This document shows positions 34,321-43,064 of a DNA stretch of 64,000 bases, piece after piece; position 1 is the first letter of the stretch, and each line of letters starts with the position of its first letter. Made by a program: the position numbers and the translations under genes. This DNA is from a virus: positions 1 to 64,000 of the IMG/VR virus record IMGVR_UViG_3300023181_000003. One strand, written 5' to 3'. The notes below the pieces were generated by a model. The model saw nothing but the letters and a program-made list of their open reading frames with translations, was not told the DNA's origin and did not search any database.

Positions 34321-36420
34321 TTAGTGAGTCTCACACCAATTTTTACCAATCTTACTCTCACCTTTTAATTCAACTTTAAATTTTAAATATTGGCCTGATT
34401 TCTCAATTGCTTTAGTGACCATGTTTCCAATTTCTTGTGCAACTTCTTCATCACATTCAAACTCTGCCTCGTCGTGTTGATAGCATACTCGCCTAACGAT
34501 ATAACCTTTATAACTGTAATAGGGTTTACGATCTTTCCACTTTAGTCCACCTAACCACATATCCATAAAGCACAGAGCATAATCCATAGCAATGCCGCCT
34601 GCACTTTGAAAAATTGTATTAAGTAGTGCTGATTTCTTTCTTGTAATAAGAATTCTACCATCAATAGCAGGAAGATGTTTCTTTTTGCCTTTTGTTTCCC
34701 AATACTTTTCTAACTTATCTTTTAGTAACTTAGTTCCCTGATTAGCAGCCCAAAATTTCTCAGATATTTCTTGACCTCTTGATTCTGGTAATCCTGCTGT
34801 TGACGCAATTTTAGGTGGACCGGCACCATACATTGCTGCGTAGTACACGTTCTTACTTCTATCCCTGAAAGGCTTAAATTTTGGATCATCTTTATTAAAA
34901 TCTTCTGATGTGATATCAAAATCTAACAATTGATCTTCATAGACACTTTTAGCTGTCTTTGAGTGAACATCACCACTAAGCAATTCTCTAGCAGTTTCAC
35001 CATCATCATAGGGGAATGTGTAGTGCCCTTGTACACGACCCTCCAAAGCCGCAGCATCAGCCGCAGCAATAAGCATACCCTCTTCAGCAATCCATAAACT
35101 TCTAAACTCATAACCTAAAAGAACTTTAGGGCTTGCCTTCGGACAATTTACGATAGTCCGATGTTTTTGTCTGTGTGTTGAGGCAATGCCTGTTCTACCT
35201 GCGCCAATACGTCCATCCATTTGTAGCCGTGGATTATTTATCCAAGTATTCAAAACAGATTGTCTGTTTCGTAAACTAAGCCATTTAACAACCTGTTTGA
35301 TAATGTCACCTTGCATAGCTTCGAGATTCACACAAAGTTTCTGAGTCTCTTGAATTTTAGGAGAGGTAGGAATTAATTTACCACGTTGATCACGCATAGG
35401 CTTACCATTTTTATCTTTCTGGTAATTCCATAAAGTTGGTTTCCAGCCTAATGATAAGAACCAATCTTTCATCTGATCTTGATTACCCATTTCCATAGGT
35501 AACTTAATATCTAGAATTTGTCCTGGCTCAACCTCATAAGTCTTTCCATAAAATTCCCATTGGCCGAAAGATTCCTTACCATCATGCTTTTCAACAAACT
35601 TTTCCCATGATGATGAAAATGATCCATCCTTCTTATAAGGCTTTGCAGGCATTGTGTAGAATTTCTCTTCACTTTTCTTTAAAGCCCTAGGAGGTAATTT
35701 AGGTTCTACCTCTGCACGAATCTCTTCCATCATCACAACAATCTTTTCAGCTAAATCATGAGCAAACTTCTGATCAAACTTCCAACCTGTTAGCTCTTGA
35801 CAAGACATTAGAAAGAAAGATTTCTGTCCACACTTATATGCATCAGTAATTTCAAATTCTGAACCATACACTTCTAACCATTCATTTTTAAGACTCTTAT
35901 ATGCTTTGATGTTAACTTCTACGTCTCGTTCACAATAAACATCCATCTCTGGATGCCACTGTTTAAATTCCTGTGCTTCAGGATCACTAGCTTGAATAAG
36001 ACCTAATTCAATTGCTTTAGACCTCCAATCAATTTTCTCTAAACCTTCTTGTTCACCAAAATACTCAATACTGTGTCCTGGCCTGTCAGGGTTTAAAAAC
36101 ATTGACAAATAGAAACTATCCACATATTGCACATCTTGGTTATTAAATTTATCAGGACCGACTGTAATTTCAATTCCTAAAATAAACATAAACATTAAGA
36201 AGTCATAGCCAAGACCAAAGTGAGCAATAAGCCTTGGTTTTTCATATTGGGAAATGAATTCTACGAGTTTCTGTTTTGCCTGTTCATCTTTAAAAGGATT
36301 TACTTTTAACTTTTCTCCTGATTGAATATGTGTTGCACAGATTGTCCAAATTAATGTGCTATCAAAAAGAAGTCCATCGCTCTCGATATCTAGAACAACC
36401 TCATCAATTTCTTCTTTCAT
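34321..36420 (-). CDS. DNA polymerase, family A, with 3'-5' exonuclease domain
   Basis: 699 aa; ExoI LDIESDG; pol motifs DAAALEGR (A), RDRSKNVYYAAMYGAG (B) and YQHDEAEF (C). Confidence 0.9.
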   Translation of the reverse strand: MKEEIDEVVLDIESDGLLFDSTLIWTICATHIQSGEKLKVNPFKDEQAKQKLVEFISQYEKPRLIAHFGLGYDFLMFMFILGIEITVGPDKFNNQDVQYVDSFYLSMFLNPDRPGHSIEYFGEQEGLEKIDWRSKAIELGLIQASDPEAQEFKQWHPEMDVYCERDVEVNIKAYKSLKNEWLEVYGSEFEITDAYKCGQKSFFLMSCQELTGWKFDQKFAHDLAEKIVVMMEEIRAEVEPKLPPRALKKSEEKFYTMPAKPYKKDGSFSSSWEKFVEKHDGKESFGQWEFYGKTYEVEPGQILDIKLPMEMGNQDQMKDWFLSLGWKPTLWNYQKDKNGKPMRDQRGKLIPTSPKIQETQKLCVNLEAMQGDIIKQVVKWLSLRNRQSVLNTWINNPRLQMDGRIGAGRTGIASTHRQKHRTIVNCPKASPKVLLGYEFRSLWIAEEGMLIAAADAAALEGRVQGHYTFPYDDGETARELLSGDVHSKTAKSVYEDQLLDFDITSEDFNKDDPKFKPFRDRSKNVYYAAMYGAGPPKIASTAGLPESRGQEISEKFWAANQGTKLLKDKLEKYWETKGKKKHLPAIDGRILITRKKSALLNTIFQSAGGIAMDYALCFMDMWLGGLKWKDRKPYYSYKGYIVRRVCYQHDEAEFECDEEVAQEIGNMVTKAIEKSGQYLKFKVELKGESKIGKNWCETH

Positions 36421-36438
36421 CCATTCCCCTTACATTAT

Positions 36439-38247
36439 TTAAAAACTTACATTACTTCTAGAATGATAATCATCTAAATCTACTACTTTACGGGTTTGAG
36501 TGTCATATACCCACGCTCCAGCTTCACCAGTATCTCCATTACGACATTTCGGAAGTCTAACATATGTTGTGTTTCTTTCTACAAAATCTTCTGCCATTTT
36601 ATCACGGTCAATAAGAATATTGTAAGCAGCAGATTGAACAAAAGTTCCAGAACCTAAAGCATCATATTCATTTATTTCACGAATTTTCCCATCCTTATCA
36701 GGATTAGGTTTTCTCGTATGCAAGACGTTCACAATTGTAATCCCACTCTTAACCATTCCTTTTTGGAACTTTAAATGACTCTCTTGTGCTTCAATAGGCA
36801 TACCTCGAAGGATATCGGTTAGAACATCAATTACAATCAGTTTACATCCATGAGACTTAACTAATTTTTCCATTTGTTTCTCTAACTCTTTAATATCACC
36901 ATCCCTTTCATCTAGAATTGCCCATCGAGGTTCTCCATTTTCATCAACAAGAAGATCATCATACAATTCCATCACTTCTGGTTTTTCTAGATAATCAATG
37001 ATTTCTTCACCATCACCCATTCTAACAAGATTTTTCTCTAAATGAATAGATAACATATCTAATGTATACTGACCGGCTGTAGCCTCTAAAGAAACAACCC
37101 CTGGTTTTACTGGTGAATTAAAAATCCAATGATACATCATATTGTTCACATGACTAGATTTACCAACAGAAGTATTACCAATTATATTAACAATACGTCC
37201 TTGCTGTGGTCCGCCACCCATCATAGAGGATAATTTCTTCATATATGGTGGAAGAGGAATTCTCGGCCTACGTAATTCTTCTTTAACGTCTTCCATTAAA
37301 CCTGCTGAAGAACGAATACCTGTGTTTATTACAGGTTTAGCATTATAGAAGTCTCTTAGGAATTGTTTTTCTTTACCGTCATTAAGCATTTTGTTTGGGT
37401 CTTTACCAGACCATGTAACAACCTTAACTTTTTCCTGGGGTAGAACTTTTATAATTTCTTCTACAGCTTTTTTACCCGCCTCATCATTATCCATTCCAAT
37501 AATAATATTTTCAAACTCATCACAGAATTCATACTGTGTAGCAATCTGTTTAGCTGCATTACCTTCACCACATGTCGGGGACACTACAGCAATAGAATCA
37601 TATCCTTCTTGACCTTTACTGATTTGATAATCGCGGAGCATTTGATATGCTGCAACTTTATCTTCTTCACCACCTACAATTAGAATATATTTTCCACCAG
37701 CTTGAAATCTCACTTGTCCACTAAGTTCACATGATAGACCAGTAATTCCACGTTTACCATATCGAAAATCTTTAGGGTGATTTCGACATTTATATCCTAC
37801 AACTTCACCATCTTTTGTTTCTGGATAATAACGTGCTAAGACATTTCCTCTACTATCAACCTTAGCCATGTGTCCATAAAATTTACTGTACTCATCTTTA
37901 ATACCACGATAATTGTTTGTATTATATGTTAGTGTCTTACGAAAGTCTTTAATATCTTCTTTACTCATTGGAGGGATTTTGGAAACCTTTGTGTATTTTG
38001 GTTTCTCTTTTACAATTCCGTCTTCAATTCCAAGTAAATCGGCTAGACTAGTATTAGCTACTTCATTTTTACTAAAATACTGGCAGCAACTAAAGCAGTA
38101 GCCATCATATTCTACATTACCCTCATCATCTTCATGTTCATAAACTTTCAATGCATCTGAGCTAAAACATTCCTGTTTTCCATTAACTTCATTTGCAATA
38201 CATTCAAAATTATTATTTAGTAACTGTCCGCTTTCTTTTGCACTCAT
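36439..38247 (-). CDS. bifunctional primase-helicase (T7 gp4-like)
   Basis: 602 aa; Cys-rich N-terminal zinc-binding region, TOPRIM acidic motifs (GGEEDK, GMDNDEAGKKA), Walker A GNTSVGKSS, Walker B-like LIVIDVL. Confidence 0.9.
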   Translation of the reverse strand: MSAKESGQLLNNNFECIANEVNGKQECFSSDALKVYEHEDDEGNVEYDGYCFSCCQYFSKNEVANTSLADLLGIEDGIVKEKPKYTKVSKIPPMSKEDIKDFRKTLTYNTNNYRGIKDEYSKFYGHMAKVDSRGNVLARYYPETKDGEVVGYKCRNHPKDFRYGKRGITGLSCELSGQVRFQAGGKYILIVGGEEDKVAAYQMLRDYQISKGQEGYDSIAVVSPTCGEGNAAKQIATQYEFCDEFENIIIGMDNDEAGKKAVEEIIKVLPQEKVKVVTWSGKDPNKMLNDGKEKQFLRDFYNAKPVINTGIRSSAGLMEDVKEELRRPRIPLPPYMKKLSSMMGGGPQQGRIVNIIGNTSVGKSSHVNNMMYHWIFNSPVKPGVVSLEATAGQYTLDMLSIHLEKNLVRMGDGEEIIDYLEKPEVMELYDDLLVDENGEPRWAILDERDGDIKELEKQMEKLVKSHGCKLIVIDVLTDILRGMPIEAQESHLKFQKGMVKSGITIVNVLHTRKPNPDKDGKIREINEYDALGSGTFVQSAAYNILIDRDKMAEDFVERNTTYVRLPKCRNGDTGEAGAWVYDTQTRKVVDLDDYHSRSNVSF

Positions 38248-38265
38248 TTATTTCCCTTTTTATTG

Positions 38266-38484
38266 TCATAACCCATTATTGATCTTCCTCCGATTTACAA
38301 AATAATCGTGTAACTCTTGCTTTACTCTAGCAACTTTCTTTGAATAAATAAGATCATCTTGTTTCTTTATTGTAAGATAATCCCATTCAACTCTGTTAGG
38401 AGTTTTTGTAAGCCTTTCTATATTCCAAGATTCTTTTGCCTTTCTTATATCATCTTCTGTCACTTTCAGCGAGGGTATTTCCAT
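38266..38484 (-). CDS. hypothetical protein
   Basis: ORF track, 72 aa; operon context. Confidence 0.6.
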   Translation of the reverse strand: MEIPSLKVTEDDIRKAKESWNIERLTKTPNRVEWDYLTIKKQDDLIYSKKVARVKQELHDYFVNRRKINNGL

Positions 38485-38703
38485 TTAAATTCCTTCTAAT
38501 CCATCTTCAAAATCATCAGCAGAGCCTACAAGAATACCTTCTTGATAAGCTTCCTGCACTAGTCTATTTTGTTTACTAAGAACATTGAAAACATCTTGCC
38601 ATTCATCACAACCTCTAGGATCATAGTTCCTTTCTTTTCTTCTGTCTTCATATCCTGCTGTATAAAGTTTATCAATTAAATAATAAATATCTTCTGTGTT
38701 CAT
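38485..38703 (-). CDS. hypothetical protein
   Basis: ORF track, 72 aa; abuts neighbours. Confidence 0.6.
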   Translation of the reverse strand: MNTEDIYYLIDKLYTAGYEDRRKERNYDPRGCDEWQDVFNVLSKQNRLVQEAYQEGILVGSADDFEDGLEGI

Positions 38704-38927
38704 AGACTACTCACAATCTCAAACCTCTGAAACTCACTCGTTTCACCAATGTGATAATAAACAGCAAGCATAGCATCAGCTAAACGATATGTTCCTTTAA
38801 ACTTCTTATCATCTAGGCCAATCTTCCGCATGGAATATCCAACATGTTTGTTGATCTTCTTACGAATCTTTGGTTCCTGTAGATTATACACCTTTTCTAG
38901 ATTGTTACATTGCCAAACTAGGTACAT
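38700..38927 (-). CDS. hypothetical protein
   Basis: ORF track, 75 aa; 4-nt overlap with the downstream gene. Confidence 0.6.
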   Translation of the reverse strand: MYLVWQCNNLEKVYNLQEPKIRKKINKHVGYSMRKIGLDDKKFKGTYRLADAMLAVYYHIGETSEFQRFEIVSSL

Positions 38928-38928
38928 T

Positions 38929-39099
38929 TTAATTCTCCTTAATAAGTAGACTAATTAGATATTCTTTTTGAAGTTCAACCTCTTCTTCCAAGAGTTTAAC
39001 AGGGCTACCATAATACCAACCACATTCATACTCGCCCAATAGTTGAATTATAGTCTGTTCAAATTTATCTACAACAGAATAGGCATCGTCATAATTCAT
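38929..39099 (-). CDS. hypothetical protein (56 aa)
   Basis: Hand-translated MNYDDAYSVVDKFEQTIIQLLGEYE...; GGAGG upstream of the ATG. Confidence 0.45.
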   Translation of the reverse strand: MNYDDAYSVVDKFEQTIIQLLGEYECGWYYGSPVKLLEEEVELQKEYLISLLIKEN

Positions 39100-39100
39100 A

Positions 39101-39337
39101 TCAAACCTCCTTCATACTTTGATTAATAAGTTTTAGCATAAATTCATTCTCATGTTTTAGTCTTAGGTTTTCTGCATTAGATTTACTTAATTCAACATCC
39201 AGCTTTGTGCAAATATCTACTAAGTCTGCATATTTATTAATCCATTCCTTGTCATTTTCTGTCCACCTAATAGAAGGCTTTCCAGCAGCCTCCCATGCTG
39301 AAATAACATTACAGCCTGTTGAAGTTTGCCAGCCCAT
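39101..39337 (-). CDS. hypothetical protein
   Basis: ORF track, 78 aa. Confidence 0.6.
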   Translation of the reverse strand: MGWQTSTGCNVISAWEAAGKPSIRWTENDKEWINKYADLVDICTKLDVELSKSNAENLRLKHENEFMLKLINQSMKEV

Positions 39338-39338
39338 A

Positions 39339-39905
39339 TCAATCCTTCTTCATGTATTTATAAACTTTAACCATTTCAAATTCTGGCTCTTTAATGGAAT
39401 ATAGATTAGGCCAATCTTTGGCATTGCTCCAATGATAGCCATGTCCACATTCTCCCATTGTAACGTATTCTGCGCCACCAGCACCTTGCCACCATGCCTT
39501 ATCCTCAAGAGCTACTTCACCATCACTAATTTTAATAGTTTCAGGCTTAACACGTAGATGAAATTGTGTATTAGCTCCAATCATTCTTAGCACCCAATTT
39601 GTATCTTTTACATCACCCCAAGGCTCACCCGCATCTACACGAAATTGGATAGCCCCATCATCAGCAATAGCTTTTAGGATTTCACTTTTGTTGTAGTTTA
39701 TTTCTAAAGATTCTTTTGGAAAAACTTGTTCAATTAAATCTTCATCATCTTCTTCACCATTATAGTAATGACCAGAGGATGTATAACAAAGTACATCTGA
39801 TTCGTAAGGATATTTAGTATAATCCACACAGTGCTTAATAATTTTTACAATTTCACCCTTACGATTTTTATAAATACCACCAACTTCTAGCTTAATTTCA
39901 TTCAT
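39339..39905 (-). CDS. hypothetical protein
   Basis: Track ORF 39339..39953 trimmed to the ATG at 39905 (AAGGAGAATGTT upstream), which removes overlap with the upstream ORF. Confidence 0.6.
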   Translation of the reverse strand: MNEIKLEVGGIYKNRKGEIVKIIKHCVDYTKYPYESDVLCYTSSGHYYNGEEDDEDLIEQVFPKESLEINYNKSEILKAIADDGAIQFRVDAGEPWGDVKDTNWVLRMIGANTQFHLRVKPETIKISDGEVALEDKAWWQGAGGAEYVTMGECGHGYHWSNAKDWPNLYSIKEPEFEMVKVYKYMKKD

Positions 39906-39921
39906 AACATTCTCCTTTTGT

Positions 39922-40110
39922 TTAATTCTTCTCCACACAACGTGAACGATCATCTGTAGCTACGCCAAGTTTATTTCTAGCTTTCTCACAAGCCACCACT
40001 GTAGCATATTCTCCGATTGGACGCCAATCATGTTTTACTCTCTCATTATAACAAGCACCTTGCCCGTTGCAAGTCATAACAATCACTGTCCATAGATATA
40101 AAATAGTCAT
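39922..40110 (-). CDS. small Cys-rich exported protein candidate
   Basis: Trimmed to the ATG at 40110 (GGAGGAAACAGA upstream; ATGA overlap with the upstream gene). MTILYLWTVIVMTCNGQGACYN.. has a hydrophobic N-terminus. Confidence 0.5.
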   Translation of the reverse strand: MTILYLWTVIVMTCNGQGACYNERVKHDWRPIGEYATVVACEKARNKLGVATDDRSRCVEKN

Positions 40111-40514
40111 TCTGTTTCCTCCAGTTTTGGTCCTGTCAACCAATTATAAAGCCTCTCAGCATCTTGGAAAACTTCCCAAGCCTCTTCTTTCGTGTCCATA
40201 AATGTAAAGTCCTCATCATATAGATGGTTGTAATCACTTCCCACTTTAACACACGTCACCTTTCCATCATACATTGGTTTTGACAAGTGAGAGGGATAGG
40301 AATGGAAAGGCATGATTGTAGCAGCTTCTTGCCACATATCATTAGAAGTGAAAGCTTCAAAGTGTGGATGTGTAGGGTAAATATATGCATATACATTCCA
40401 CCTGTTTGAACCATCATGGTCAAATTCATATTTCCCTACAGTGTAGTGATAAACTTCTACAAGAAAGTTATTTCCACGGCTGTGCCACACATTTTTCTTT
40501 TGCCAATTAATCAT
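40107..40514 (-). CDS. hypothetical protein
   Basis: ORF track, 135 aa; AAGGAAACAA precedes the ATG. Confidence 0.6.
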   Translation of the reverse strand: MINWQKKNVWHSRGNNFLVEVYHYTVGKYEFDHDGSNRWNVYAYIYPTHPHFEAFTSNDMWQEAATIMPFHSYPSHLSKPMYDGKVTCVKVGSDYNHLYDEDFTFMDTKEEAWEVFQDAERLYNWLTGPKLEETE

Positions 40515-40621
40515 TTGTTTCCTTAATCAAATTTAAGCCCCTAGGAGGCTGTTAAAACACTTCAAGCACCTACCCTACTACTTTAGTAAATTAAGGGGCT
40601 TTTAGAGGCTTCTGGTGGGTT

Positions 40622-40789
40622 TTAGAACGTGTCGCTCTTTACACTCTCAAGTAAATCTTGAAAATTGGAATATACAATATCCGCCCTCTTATGGTCGCTA
40701 AAGGATTCACTATCCGCTAACCTCCAGTATTCTTGTCCTAGGTTAAACGCAGATTTAAGCATCTTTTCTAGTGTAATCACATCTGTCAT
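40622..40789 (-). CDS. hypothetical protein (55 aa), first gene of leftward replication block
   Basis: Hand-translated MTDVITLEKMLKSAFNLGQEYWRLAD...; AAAGGAAGAGT precedes the ATG. Confidence 0.45.
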   Translation of the reverse strand: MTDVITLEKMLKSAFNLGQEYWRLADSESFSDHKRADIVYSNFQDLLESVKSDTF

Positions 40790-40860
40790 ACTCTTCCTTT
40801 CATTATAAAAACAACATTATTCTGGCACACATATAGAAATATAGCAAGAATAATTACACT

Positions 40861-40880
40861 ACTAGTTGTAAAAATACAAC
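40861..40880. repeat. operator-like 20-mer ACTAGTTGTAAAAATACAAC (copy 1) containing palindrome GTTGTA-N4-TACAAC
   Basis: Exact 20/20 repeat of 41341-41360; lies between divergent promoters. Confidence 0.55.
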
Positions 40881-40906
40881 AAAATGCAAATATATTTTAA
40901 CAAAGC

Positions 40907-40935
40907 ATGAATTTAGTGAAATCTTGTGTTATAAT
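40907..40935 (+). promoter_or_regulatory. extended -10 promoter (TGtTATAAT)
   Basis: TG at 40927-28, TATAAT at 40930-35; weak -35. Confidence 0.5.
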
Positions 40936-40941
40936 GTCATT

Positions 40942-41340
40942 TCACACTGATTATGTTTGTGATGCTTGCTTCGTGTGAGCATTGTAGCATACGTTAGTGT
41001 GATCGTCTAGGGTGTTTTTGGGTAAACCGTCTTTTCCTTAGATTAAAGAACAAGTAAAGACTAGATCATGTTCAAGCTGTGGACTCGTGAAGGAATAACA
41101 GTGATTAGACTCCATGCTAGGAGGAAATTCCAAAGGTGTTGCGATTGCATTGTAACAACACCCGTGCATCTATAGAAAGATGTTCCATGTTTACATGGCT
41201 GTTAATGGCTCCGGGGTTGATTCTCTTAGTCTTGCAGATGTTTGAGTTTTTCAGATTAAGTTCTGAGGGACTCGTTCGTCTGTAATTTCACCAAGGTTGA
41301 TATAGTAATACATATTGTCAAGTAGTTAATTAATATAGAT
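40942..41340 (+). ncRNA. ORF-free transcript region / candidate structured RNA (element C)
   Basis: ~400 nt between two promoter/operator copies, with no ORF >=60 aa on either strand. 41207-41296 shares an ordered motif series (GGCTCCGGGG, TTGATT, TAGTCTT, hairpin, CACCAAGG) with 4448-4564. Confidence 0.35.
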
Positions 41341-41360
41341 ACTAGTTGTAAAAATACAAC
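41341..41360. repeat. operator-like 20-mer ACTAGTTGTAAAAATACAAC (copy 2)
   Basis: Exact repeat of 40861-40880. Confidence 0.55.
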
Positions 41361-41366
41361 ACAAAC

Positions 41367-41395
41367 TATCTTAAATGTTACAACTGGTGTATAAT
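41367..41395 (+). promoter_or_regulatory. promoter-like element (TATAAT 41390-41395)
   Basis: TATAAT about 29 nt downstream of operator copy 2; poor -35. Confidence 0.4.
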
Positions 41396-41423
41396 GTGAG
41401 AACATAAACATGAAAGGAAATAT

Positions 41424-41558
41424 ATGAGTGATACATGGATTAATTGGAGATTTGGATTCTGGTATTTTCAGTTAGGTAAGAAATTTAAATTTCTACATAT
41501 TTACAAACAAATGCATATTCCCGTTGCTGGTGATAAATGGTTTCAGAGTTATAAATGA
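41424..41558 (+). CDS. hypothetical protein (44 aa), first rightward gene
   Basis: Hand-translated MSDTWINWRFGFWYFQLGKKFKFLHIYKQMHIPVAGDKWFQSYK; AAAGGAAATAT precedes the ATG. Confidence 0.45.
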   Translation: MSDTWINWRFGFWYFQLGKKFKFLHIYKQMHIPVAGDKWFQSYK

Positions 41559-41635
41559 CACTATTAATATGTTGGATTCTGATTTACATAGTTTATCAGT
41601 TGGATAAGATAATTGATTTATTGAAAGGAAAATAA
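41555..41635 (+). CDS. possible 26-aa hydrophobic peptide
   Basis: ATGA-coupled to the previous ORF; MTLLICWILIYIVYQLDKIIDLLKGK; very short, weak support. Confidence 0.25.
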   Translation: MTLLICWILIYIVYQLDKIIDLLKGK

Positions 41636-41636
41636 T

Positions 41637-42143
41637 ATGAAAGAAAAACTTAAGGTCCGTGTAGGACAGTTTTGGAAACGTCGTGATGGAAGGATTGTCA
41701 GGATTGACGCTATATCTAAGTTACCAAACGATGACTATTTTTTACTCATTAACGATTATACAACTAGAGATAGTTTTGGGCTTGATTTAACAGAGGTCAC
41801 TCACGATCTTATTGAACCAATAATCTCTATTTATGCAGCCGGTCCAATGTCGGGCTATCCAGATAACAACTATCCAGCTTTTAATGAAGAATCTGCCATC
41901 TTACGAAATCAAGGTTTCCATGTAGAAAATCCAGCACAAAACCCTGATCCTCATGATAAATGCTGGAATGGTTATATGCGTACTGCAATCAGGCAATTGA
42001 TTGAATGTGATCGTATTCATTTACTAGAAAATTGGAGTAAATCTCGCGGGGCTCTTGTGGAGTATAAACTAGCTAAAGGTCTAGGATTAGAAATCACATT
42101 CCAAAATGGACAAGCTGCATCAGAGGAAATCAATGTCAAATAA
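41637..42143 (+). CDS. DUF4406 / nucleoside 2-deoxyribosyltransferase-like protein
   Basis: 168 aa; [21 protein letters not shown]...[20 protein letters not shown] matches the DUF4406 pattern (recollection); extra ~60-aa N-terminal domain. Confidence 0.65.
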   Translation: MKEKLKVRVGQFWKRRDGRIVRIDAISKLPNDDYFLLINDYTTRDSFGLDLTEVTHDLIEPIISIYAAGPMSGYPDNNYPAFNEESAILRNQGFHVENPAQNPDPHDKCWNGYMRTAIRQLIECDRIHLLENWSKSRGALVEYKLAKGLGLEITFQNGQAASEEINVK

Positions 42144-42735
42144 TAAAACACTATTCCTACTCGTAGGTCCATCAGCATCAGGCAAGTCTCATCTTTTGAA
42201 CTACCTCACTCAGAAGGGCTTACAACGTATTGTTTCTACCACTACACGTCCTATGCGTCCAGGTGAAGTAGATGGTGTAGATTATCATTTTATCTCTGAT
42301 TTATATTCAAAAGCAATTAACGCTGAAAAAGGGTTTGTAGAAAAAGTGGAATATGCTGGCGTAACATATGGCGTTACACATGAAGAATTTGAGGATAAAT
42401 TAAAGAAAGGTAAGGGTGTGGCTTTCCTTATCGTAGAACCTACAGGATTAGAGAGGTATTTTAAATATTGTAAAGATCATAATGTAACACCTCTCACTAT
42501 TTATATCCATACACCAGATGTAATTAGATTTCAAAGGCTTAAAGATTTAGCTGAAAATGATTGGGGCGATAGTTTATACACAGAATCAGGTGTAGACCGT
42601 ATCATTCGCTCAGCAGTGCATGAGAAATATTGGAAGTCTTTACATGCTTGGGATTATATTCTAGATGGAACAGACACAGAAGAAGAAAACTATGTTACAA
42701 TTATGAACATCACTAAAGGAGAAATAAATGACTAA
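42133..42735 (+). CDS. guanylate-kinase-like nucleotide kinase
   Basis: Start moved to the ATG at 42133 (GAGGAAATCA upstream). P-loop GPSASGKS and [19 protein letters not shown] guanylate-kinase signature. Confidence 0.75.
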   Translation: MSNNKTLFLLVGPSASGKSHLLNYLTQKGLQRIVSTTTRPMRPGEVDGVDYHFISDLYSKAINAEKGFVEKVEYAGVTYGVTHEEFEDKLKKGKGVAFLIVEPTGLERYFKYCKDHNVTPLTIYIHTPDVIRFQRLKDLAENDWGDSLYTESGVDRIIRSAVHEKYWKSLHAWDYILDGTDTEEENYVTIMNITKGEIND

Positions 42736-42877
42736 AACAGATTTTGATAAAAATATTGGTAAGATTCTTGAAAGTTATAAAAGCCTAATCGAATATTGTA
42801 GAATGGAAGAGTTGCTTTCGGATGACTATTACTTCGTAACACATATTCAGACCTTAAAGATTGAAAATGAAACTTAA
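42728..42877 (+). CDS. hypothetical protein (49 aa)
   Basis: Hand-translated [25 protein letters not shown]...; overlaps the upstream stop. Confidence 0.4.
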   Translation: MTKTDFDKNIGKILESYKSLIEYCRMEELLSDDYYFVTHIQTLKIENET

Positions 42878-43064
42878 TTGTTGGTTAGGCTTTCCTTTTG
42901 AAGATAATCCATCCACTGTAGAAATTCAAGTAGATACAAATAAATTTGGATATACAGATAAGGAGTGGAGTATGTTAAGTGATTGGGGAAAGCGTGATAT
43001 TGTCAATGATGAAATCTTTAAGAATTTAAACAAAGGCTTTTATGAGCTAGAAGGAGAGCAATGA
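42867..43064 (+). CDS. hypothetical protein
   Basis: Track ORF starts at TTG 42861; ATG at 42867. Confidence 0.55.
   Translation: MKLNCWLGFPFEDNPSTVEIQVDTNKFGYTDKEWSMLSDWGKRDIVNDEIFKNLNKGFYELEGEQ

Noticed and set aside
40535-40601. 8-bp stem AAGCCCCT/AGGGGCTT with a ~50-nt loop as a terminator between leftward genes
   Set aside because: The loop is too large and there is no U-tract in the leftward direction. It may be an RNA element, but evidence is too thin to report as a feature.
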